A stretch of DNA of 64,000 nucleotides, taken from NCBI RefSeq assembly GCF_018350175.1, contig NC_058383.1, positions 17,796,001 through 17,860,000 on the forward strand. Reading direction: 5' to 3'. Position 1 is the stretch's first letter; every line of letters begins with the position of its first letter. The notes beneath the pieces were generated by a model. That model saw nothing but the letters and a program-made list of their open reading frames with translations. It did no database searches and was not told the DNA's origin. Made by a program: the position numbers and the translations under genes. Below, piece by piece: positions 55,156 through 64,000 of the stretch. Source of the stretch: Felis catus (lineage: Eukaryota).

Positions 55156-57054
55156 AGCCAGGGGAGAGGGAGACCATGAGGAAGAAGACCCCGTGGCCCA
55201 GCTGTCAAGCTCTCACTGGATTGCCATGCCTGTCCAGTTTACTATAAACCTGAGCTGACCTCCTGGTGGCAAAAAGGGCCTAATGGGACAGCTTCAGGCA
55301 AGAGAGAATGATCCCCGGGGTGCCTGGGTGGTTCAGACGATTAAGCCTCTGACTTTGGCTCAGGTCACGATCTCATAGTTTGTGAGTTTGAGCCCACATC
55401 GGGCTCTCTGCTGTCAGTGCAGTCTGCCTGGGATTCTCTCTCTCTCCGCCCCTCTCCCACACTCTCTCCTTCTCTCTCAAAAATAAACAAACAGTAAGAA
55501 AAAAAGAGGGAGTGATCACCAACGTCCCATGTCATGTTGGGTTGTAGTTAAAACAGAGACCGTTAGGGGCTTTGGCAAGAGTGCCAAGAGGGGCTGCGTG
55601 GTGGGTCAGGCGTCAGGGAGCCAAATGCAGAGTTTACGATGCTGAGGGTGGTGAGGTGGACAGAGGCATCTAGCCCCGACAGAGAGATAAATGGGGTGTG
55701 TGTATGTGTGAGGGGAGCTCAAAGAGCTTGAGATGGCTCCCTGTGGAATGGCACAAGAATGGAAGCAGGCTTCCACAGTAGCTTGGGAATGTCAAGGCCA
55801 CAGCCCAACACCTGCCTCAGCTATTAACAACCTCCACTTCCTGGGCATCACGCCAAGCACTCCGTGAGGAGTAAGCAACCCACTTAAACCTCACGACACC
55901 TGGAAGTTCTCGTTCCAAACGCCATTTGTCACAGCGGGGAACAGAGGCATGGATAGTCAAGCCCTTGGCCCAAGGTCACACAGAGCTCGAGTGGTAGAGT
56001 TGGGGTTTGGATCCAAGCCTGTCCAAGTCTTTCCCACTATTCTGGTGGTAAAAGGACTGGTCTGCCCACCTCCGTAGGGAACCCAGAGCCATCCCGCTGA
56101 GCAGCACTAGAAACCAACTCAACTGGCCATTCTCAATGCAAACGGGCATCTGACCTCCCTGAGGGCCACTCTCCTCCGTTGTCATATCCAGGTGACATGA
56201 CTGCAGCCTCTGTTCTAAGGGGGCTACCTGCCTGGGGTCCCTTTCCTGCTGGGTTCCTGCTCCAGCCTGCCCTGATACCAGTGCGGCCTTGGGTGAGACA
56301 GTTTCTCTTTGGGGCCTCAGTTTCCTCCCCAGAAAAACAAGAATGCTCTTGGCTTGGTCAACGCCTACTCCTCCTTAGAGTCCTTGAGCTTCAGACTCAG
56401 CGGCTGGCCTCCCTCTTCTTTGTTACCACAACAAAGATGTTAGCACGGCACCAAGCATATGGCGTGAGAAGCGACACATCGTTAACTTAGAGGTTAAACA
56501 CATGGATTTGGGCATTCAAACAGGTGCTCGAATCTGACCTTTCCTCCTTATGAGCTGTGTAACCTGGCAAGTTACTTGACCTCTCTGTGCTGTGGATTTC
56601 TCATCCGTAAAATGCGAGTGGCAACGCCTCTACCTCACGGGTTGGTGGAAGATCACAGGGGGGTCGCACATATAAAGCACCAGGCCCAGAACTTGGGTTG
56701 GGTGAGCGGTCAGGGGCTCCGATTTACTTATGGCTGCCCCAGCACCTAGCAAAGGATCTAAACTAGAACAGTGGCTCATTAAACGGGGGAATGAAAAACT
56801 AGGTTCTCTCTCAGAGCGCTTCTCCCAAGCGCTGCGATCCCACAGACCATCCGTCCGGGTGGCGGCGGAAAGGAGCTGCTGAGTGTGTCGCTACCGGAAG
56901 CGTGTGAGGCCCTACCGGAAGGATCACGGGAGGTGGAGGGCGCTGGGTTTGCTGAGGATGGGGCCGTGTCCCGCTGGTCTCTGCAGCCTCGGTCCCCAGG
57001 ACGGGGCTGACAAATGTGTGGCCCAGAAGGGCCTTTTCACACGGGGGCTCCTAC

Positions 57055-57130
57055 CTCGTAGATGTGTTTGGCATGGCGGATCTTGGGACCCTTGGGGGTG
57101 AAGTTGACATACAGTGTGGAGTTTTCCTGG
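57055..57130 (-). CDS. ITGAL: ITGAL exon
   Basis: (D)QENSTLYVNFTPKGPKIRHAKHIYE, 76 nt, phase 2/0. Confidence 0.92.
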
Positions 57131-58659
57131 CTGTGGAGAGAGAAGAGCAGAAGTAGAAAGTGGAGATGTCGACAGCCCGGTTTCCAGAAGAGCAGGGGCC
57201 CCGGGCCAGGGGAAGCCTCTGCGCTGCCAGGCCCTGGGCTAGCGCTCTCATAGGCATGACCCCCCGTGACCCTTCCAGCATTCTGCTGTTTCCCTTGGGA
57301 AGGTAAGGCTGGTGGGAAGGGTCAGTCTGTTGCCCCGCGTCCTGAGGCAGCGGGACGGGGCCGAAACCCAGGTGGATGTGCCTTTGGAGCTGCATTCTCC
57401 CTGCTCCATGGGGTTCCCCGCCCCCCTTGAGGGTCTCCACTGTCCTCTGGGTTCTTCATCTCCTGCATAACAGCACAGCCTCTGGCTTCCTCTCCACCCC
57501 ATCCTTCCGGGGACCTTCTTACGTCACTGTCTGATCCTGCCACCCACCTACTCAGAATCTGTCACTGGCTCCCTGCTGCCCACGAGGGTCGGGTCCAAAG
57601 CCTCCCATGTCCAGGCCTGCCCACTTCCCAGCCTGCCTGCTCACCAGGCCCCACGCATACCTGCCGTCCCCTGAGCCTGCACACTCCCTACTCCTCAAAT
57701 CCACCCCACTGCTTGCTGCTTCCTCTGCCTGGGCTCTTCTTCCTGCTGGACCATCCTTTCTCCTCCTTGGCCCTTATCTGATCCCCTCATTCTCCAGACT
57801 CCAGTTCAAGCCCCTACCTCCTCCACGAGCCCTTCCATCTCTCCTCAACCCACATCATCTTTCCTGGCTCTAATTTCACACGACACTTCAGACAGTATCA
57901 TTGTGTTTGGCATTTATGTTCAAAGCACCAGAGACGTTGGCTCGGTCACTGTCCCTGTCCTTCTCACTGAGCCAACCTGAGAAAGTTCCTCTGCTTTTCT
58001 GGCTTCGTCCTCTTTTCTGTAAATGAGAAAATCCAACTAGTGATCCCCATGGGTCACTCCTGTTATAGATAACCTCCTGAGACTCACTGACTCTGTGTGC
58101 ATACGAGCTGAGCCTCTCCTACCGGACTAGGAGTTCTCTGTGGGTAAGAGCCACGGTGAACACCTTGTCCTAATCTCTTCCAGCATGTCTGATCCCCCAG
58201 GATGGGAGGGCATGCAGCACAGGGTTTTGGAGTTGGACAGGCCCAAGTTCAGAGGGTTCATCAGTGCTTCCTAGCTGTACACCTCTGGATGAGCTCCTCC
58301 CTTCTCTGATGATCCTGTTTGTTCATCAGTAAAGTGGAGAGAGGCATGGCTGCCTCATGACACGTTGAAAGCTTGGGGGGGGGGGTGGAGGGAGCCCCAG
58401 CTGCACAGTGCAGCTGGCACAGCATCTGACATAAGGTCAGCACTCGCTGTGCCTTTTCTCCCATCAGTAAACCGCTGATCTGACTCAGAACTCTTAAAGG
58501 GCCTCCACTCTTGTGGGTGTTGAAAACCGTCAGGGTTGTGGCTGGAATCAGTTCTAATTACTCCTGGCAGGGGGGCCCTAGAGAAGGAGGGGGCTTTGAG
58601 GGAGGGCCCTGGGAAGCTGAGGGGGGGAAGACAGCGCTGGCCGGCTGCTCAGGACTTAC

Positions 58660-58746
58660 TCCTTGGTGAGGATGTTGATGGGGTACAGGACTGGGATGCT
58701 GGTGGTGGCAGAGTTGTCCTCCAAGAGGTCTGAGTCCTCATTGTCA
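58660..58746 (-). CDS. ITGAL: ITGAL exon
   Basis: (C)[28 protein letters not shown](D), 87 nt, phase 2/2. Confidence 0.93.
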
Positions 58747-58863
58747 CTGTGTTGGGGCGAGGCAGAGGGCAGTGTTAGGAAAAGGGCTTGGCCAGGGCCA
58801 GGCGGCAGTCTGAGAGCGAGCGGGGCAGGTACGCTGGCGGGGGTCCGGCGGGGGCCTGCTCAC

Positions 58864-58943
58864 CAGTTCACACTGGCGTGCAGCTCGACAAAGTCCCCCC
58901 AGGAGCTGTTCAGCAGCTTGTGGAACATCACCTGGATGGCAAC
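58864..58943 (-). CDS. ITGAL: ITGAL exon
   Basis: VAIQVMFHKLLNSSWGDFVELHASVN(C), 80 nt, phase 0/2. Confidence 0.92.
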
Positions 58944-59265
58944 CTGGCAGGGGAGGAGAGGGGAATGAAGCACCTCACGGCCCCCACGCCCAACTGCTGT
59001 AATAATAGAGACCACTGTTACCCCTGAAAATGGTGCTTTATCCCCATTGCACAGATGAGGATACAAAGTTCCAAACGGTTAAGTCACGTGTGTAAGGTCA
59101 TTCGTAACCCAACCCCAGGTTTGTCTGATTCCAAAGTCCAGGCTGTTATTCCCGTTGGGGTCGGACCTGGGGCGAGTCCGTCTTTACCATCACCTGCACC
59201 CTTCCCTCCCCACATGAGCTCACAGCCCCTTGGTGGCTTGGTTCCTGGGGGCCTGAAGCACTCAC

Positions 59266-59376
59266 CAAGGTGCCCGCTTTAAAGATCGGAGAGCTCACGT
59301 TGCAAGAGAGGGTCCTGGTCAGAAGCTTGGATTCCTGAGGAAGCTCCTCGCAGCTCACAGGTATCTGGCTGTGGGG
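59266..59376 (-). CDS. ITGAL: ITGAL exon
   Basis: [37 protein letters not shown], 111 nt. Confidence 0.93.
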
Positions 59377-59704
59377 CTGCATGTGAGAAAAGAAAGAACA
59401 AACTGAGTGGGCCAGGCCACCAACCCTTAGTGGGCCACCAACACTCTGGGGCCACGGTCCCCAGCAGTGTCCCTACCAGGGCACATTCTCAGAGAGGTGG
59501 GGCCAAAGTTTAGTTCAAAGATGTTCACTGCACCAGTATTTATAATCATGAAAAACGAGAAGTGATCAAATAGTTCAAAGAGATAGGAATGGTTCCGTGT
59601 GTTGCACAATCACAGGAGAGGATACAGTGAGATTGTTAAAACGCTACTACATCCACACAGTCAGCAGCCATTTTTATTTATTTATTTTTTAAATGTTTAT
59701 TTAT

Positions 59705-59739
<35 letters not shown>

Positions 59740-60159
59740 GGGGCAGAGAGAGAGGCAGAGAGAATCTCCACACTGGTGGCACAGAGTCCGACACGGGGCT
59801 CCAACTCACGAACTGTGGGATCACGACCCGAGCGGAAATCGAGAGTCAGACACTTAACCAACCGAGCCCCCAGGTGCCCTGTTGGCAACCTTTTTAAAAA
59901 TGAGCTTGCCCCTGGGCTAAGCAGCGTAAAAGCAGTCATCTTCATCATCTGTGAGGACAGATTTCAGCCTCAGATTGGGAATGGAATTAGACAGGGAAAT
60001 AGAGACTTGGGGAAGTTCAGTGACTTCCCCAAGTCCCACCACAGGGCAGAGATCTAGAAGAAATCTGAACACAGGTCTGTCTGACTCCAGATCTCAAGTT
60101 CTTAATCACTCTACTAGATGACCCTTCCGGAAGCATTTAATGTGTCTGTATAAAGAATA

Positions 60160-60590
60160 ATTCAAATTTCCAACAGATGACCGGATAAACAAAATATGGT
60201 CTATCCATACAATGGAATATTGTTCAGTCTTAAAAAGAAAGGAAATTCACCCATGTTTTCACATGGATGAAACTCACAAGCACTATGCTAAGCGAAGAAG
60301 ACAGACACAAAAGGACAACACCATATGATTCCACTTCCGTGAAAAATGAGAACAGGCAAATTCATAGAAACGGAAAGTAGATTAAAGGTTACCAGGGACA
60401 GGGAGTGGGAAGGGGGAATTATTGCTTAACAGGTCCACAGCTTCTGTTTGAGATGATAGAAAAGTTCTGCAAACAGATGATGGTTGCACAACATTGTGAA
60501 TGTACCTAATGCCACTGACTCGTATGCTTAAAAAGGCTTAAGATGGTACATTTTCTATTACATATATTTTACCACAGTAATTTTTTTTAA
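60160..60590 (+). mobile_element. L1 3' end fragment
   Basis: ggataaacaaaatatggtctatccatacaatggaatatt...gatggttgcacaacattgtgaatgtacctaatgccactga. Confidence 0.8.
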
Positions 60591-61704
60591 ACATGGAGGA
60601 AAAATAACCATATGGAAAACAAAATGCCAATTAGTTAAAACAAATATAGAGTGAATAAATATACAATGTAATTTGTACGTACGTGTATAGATACATAGAA
60701 GAATAAGCATCGAAATATTAAAAGTAGTAAGTGCTGAGTTATAGGAGAATAGGTGATTGTTTTCTCTAAACTGCTGTGTGGTTTCCAACCTTCTGTGGTG
60801 ATCATGTATTATTTCTATGATAATAATTAAAAAAATAAAATTGTGCTTAAAACAAGTTAAAAAAATGTTTAAGTTTATTTATTTATTTTGAGAGAAGCAG
60901 AGACAGTGCGAGTGGGGGAGGGGCAGAGAAAAGGGAGAGAGAGAATCCCAAGCAGGCTCCAAGCTGCCAGCACAGAGTGCGTCACGGGGTTTGAACTCAC
61001 GAACCTGTGAGGTCATGCCCTGAGCCAAAACCAAGAGTCAGGTGCTTAACCACTGAGCCACCCAGATGCCCCTGAAACAACTTTTAAATACAGGCCAAGA
61101 GGTGCCTGGGTGGCTCAGTCGGTTAAGTTCCTGACTCTTGGTTTCAGCTGAGGTCATGACATCATGGTTCATAAGATCGAGCCCCGCATCAGGCTCTGTG
61201 CTGACAATGTGGAACCTGCTTGGGATTCCCTCTCTCCTTCTCTCTGCCGCTCCCCCGCTGTGTTCTCTCTCTTAAAATAAATAAATAAACATTAAAATAA
61301 AATAAAATAAAATAAAATAAAATAAAATAAAAATAAAACGATCCAGGCCATCCTGCAAAAACACTTTGGTCACCTTTAGGAGGGAAGGACTTTGAGTTTA
61401 CTGTATCTATGCACACCTTCTTGGTCACCAGATCCATGAGCCTGTGTCACACTCTCCATTCCATGTGACCCCCTCACTAACCCTGCGGGTGTCCCCAGCC
61501 TCACTGATGGTGGAATCTGAGGCACACAGAGGGTGAACCTTGTGTCACAGGCACACAGCTGGAGGGTGGTCATCAGGCTGAAAAGTTGGATGTGTCCCTA
61601 AACATTCTGCAGGCCAGCTTTGGCCTCTCTTTAGGCTGTCTTGTCTGCCCGCCCGAGGCTCCTTGAGGGGAGCAGAAGCTGCAGGGACCAGTGTGGGTGC
61701 TCAC

Positions 61705-61846
61705 CTCGAGTATCTCTACTTTGCGGAAGGAGAGTCCCTGGGGGAAGCTCAGGTTGAGTTGGACCCAGTAGGCATCTTCTCTCAAGTTACTCAGCATCAG
61801 CTCTACGGAGAGGCTGGCAGAGGGCGTCAGACGTAGGACTCTGGAT
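61705..61846 (-). CDS. ITGAL: ITGAL exon
   Basis: (R)[47 protein letters not shown], 142 nt, phase 2/0. Confidence 0.93.
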
Positions 61847-62185
61847 CTGGGGGCAAGACCAGAGAAAAGTTACAGGGGCCAAGGTGAAGGAAGCAGGGTC
61901 ACAGGCAGGGGCTTTCAGAACGCAGGGATCTGCTAGGCTAGAAAAAACAAATACACAAAAACCAGCTCTTGTGCACAGGCTTTAAGTGGTGTGACCTTGT
62001 CTAATCCTGCCAGGAGTGCACAAGGCACGTGAATTTCTCAGAGAGGGGGCTAAGCCCCAGAGGACAGATCTAGTGAGTACAGATGGGGGTCTTCTGACTC
62101 GGAGCCCCCTATCCTTTCTGGCACATGAGCTGCCTCAGGAAAACACCAGGTGGAACAGGAGGGTCCAGGGGGTTGGAAGCCTCAC

Positions 62186-62259
62186 CTTGCAGGGGAGAAG
62201 GACAGCTTCAGGTTCGCCTCACACTTCTTGTCCTCCCCGCAGTTCTTCTCAAAAGGGAT
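62186..62259 (-). CDS. ITGAL: ITGAL exon
   Basis: [24 protein letters not shown](R), integrin genu, 74 nt. Confidence 0.94.
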
Positions 62260-62352
62260 CTGAAAGGCCAAGAAGAAAGACTAGGAGGCTCAGGCCCCAG
62301 ACCCATTGGGGAGGGACCCTGGCCTCTCCGGCTGCCCCTTGTCCCTGCTTAC

Positions 62353-62409
62353 CTCCTTGGTCTCTGCATGCGGTAAGGGTCTCAGGATGGGCTGAATGTC
62401 CTGGCCCTG
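62353..62409 (-). CDS. ITGAL: ITGAL exon (NAGNAG acceptor; upstream exons lie beyond the window)
   Basis: (Q)GQDIQPILRPLPHAETKE, gtaagc donor, cagCAG acceptor. Confidence 0.88.
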
Positions 62410-64000
62410 CTGAGCATGGAGTGGTGGGAGGGCCGGGAGATAAGACAGGTTAGTTGAGGCAGCAGAACTCTTGGAGGAGGTCTGGAAGGAGGGCTCAGGG
62501 CTTGGGGCTCAGCTGGGTTGGCTTGGCTGGCCCCTCCTAGGAGCCAACGCCTGCCCAGGGGGACCTCACCATTCTGACTCGGCCCAAGGCCACCCTGTGC
62601 AGCCCTCGGGCAGCAGCTCCTCGAGGAAAGCCGAGGCTCAGGGTGTCCGTTCTCCTGAACAGGAGATCTTGGCCTTGACACAGCAGCTCCAAAGCTCCTC
62701 CCAGCCCATCTCCTTCCCTGGGCTCGCCTGCCTATGACTAGCTCTTACTGTGCTTCTCCTCTGCGAACCCCATCTCCCTGCTGAAAAGTTCCATCTCTTC
62801 TCAGATCAAGGCCAGTTTCCCCCAACATTTCCAGGGCTTCTGCTCTGGGCCAGGCCCTGTTATAGGCACCAGGTATACACCAGAGGACAAAACAGACACA
62901 CTGCACTGCTGTGCCCCCAGTCTGGTGGGAGAAATGACGTGGTATCTTCAAGTGTTTGATGGGACAGATACAGGTATATTCAGAGCATGTAGAAGCGAAT
63001 CCTACCCCCGACATGGGGATCGGGGAAGCTTCCTGAAGAAACAGATCTCAACTGAAATCTAAAGGATGGGCAGGAGAGAGCCAGATGAAGAGAATGGAGA
63101 GGGGCAAGAATGGACGGCCCCACACAAAGGCACAAGGCAGGAGGTTGAGCCTGCGCACGTGACAAGAAGATGCTCAGACGAGCCGCTGTGCTGTGTGTCG
63201 GGGGCAGGAGATGGAAGCAGGGTCTAGGTTCCCCTGGGCCTTGCAAGCCACGATCGAAAGTTGGGACTTTATCCTGAGGGTAATGGGGTCATAGAAGTGT
63301 TTATGAGTTATAAGCTGAATGCTCTAGAAAGACTCCAGCCTCCACTTGCAGGCCACCCGCCAAATAACCACCAGACTCCTGAGTCCCGGCAGCCTCTGCT
63401 GACTGCTCCCACCCACGCTCAACACAGATTCCTGCTACCCACTAGACTGCAGCCAGTCCCCAAATGGGCATTCTGGGTCTCTGTCTTGCTCAGTTGTCCT
63501 TCTACCAGAAGCTAAGCCCACCTCCGCATTTCCCTTGTACGTACCACTGTACCTTTCCTTATGCTGTTCCCTTTGCCTCTCCTCAATCCACCTACCCAAA
63601 AGGCTACTCATTCTGAAAGACCCAGAAACAATGACGCTCCCCCCAGGAAGCCTTTCTTGTCAACTCTGGGCTCAGGTCTCTTTTTTACCCTGAGCTCCTA
63701 CTCCACACAGCTTGGCTTAAAAAAAAAAAATTGGGGCGTCTGGGTGGTGCAGTTGGTTAAGCGTCAGGCTCTTGATCTCGGCTCAGGTCATGATCTCATA
63801 GTTCATGAGTTCAAGCCCCGCATCAACTCTGGGCTGATGGTGTGAAATCTGCTTGGCATTCTGTCTCTCCTTCTCTCTGCTTGTGCTCGAGTTCTCTCGC
63901 TTGCTCTCTCAAAATATGTAACTTAAAAAAAATTAGTGTCAACGGCAGAGACTGCTGGCTGTCTCCATACATCCTTCCTCACTATCTGCCCTTAAAATAG

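Noticed and set aside
62570..62700. Possible next ITGAL exon with an ATG|gtgagg donor
   Set aside because: Translation does not resemble the expected VCVQDLISPINVSLNFSL-like exon and no convincing acceptor; the true exon is probably beyond 64000.

Overview
Eukaryotic (carnivore, very likely felid, from abundant SINEC_Fc-type Can-SINEs) genomic DNA syntenic with the human 16p11.2 ZNF785-ZNF688-ZNF764-ZNF768-ITGAL region, read in reverse order relative to human. Intact + strand genes: ZNF688 (3 coding exons, 276 aa), ZNF764 (3 exons, 407 aa) and ZNF768 (2 exons, 554 aa, about 18 Pol II CTD-like heptads plus 10 C2H2 fingers). On the - strand lie the last 13 coding exons of ITGAL (CD11a). The ZNF785 orthologue is a multiply disabled pseudogene, a further dead KRAB-ZNF paralogue lies between ZNF688 and ZNF764, and a faint - strand zinc-finger relic lies before ZNF768. 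Also present: a U6 snRNA retrocopy, an RPL37A processed pseudogene inside a MaLR LTR, and many SINE/L1/MIR/DNA-transposon fragments. Best leads: a 128-bp perfectly identical KRAB-A block shared by ZNF688 and ZNF764 (gene conversion), a cluster-wide C-terminal motif DPPVxFxHYPxIFxECG-stop, an apparently lost ITGAL splice donor, and a perfect ZNF768 binding motif in a MIR inside ITGAL. Gene names rest on my recall of the human proteins, not on a database search; repeat boundaries are approximate.
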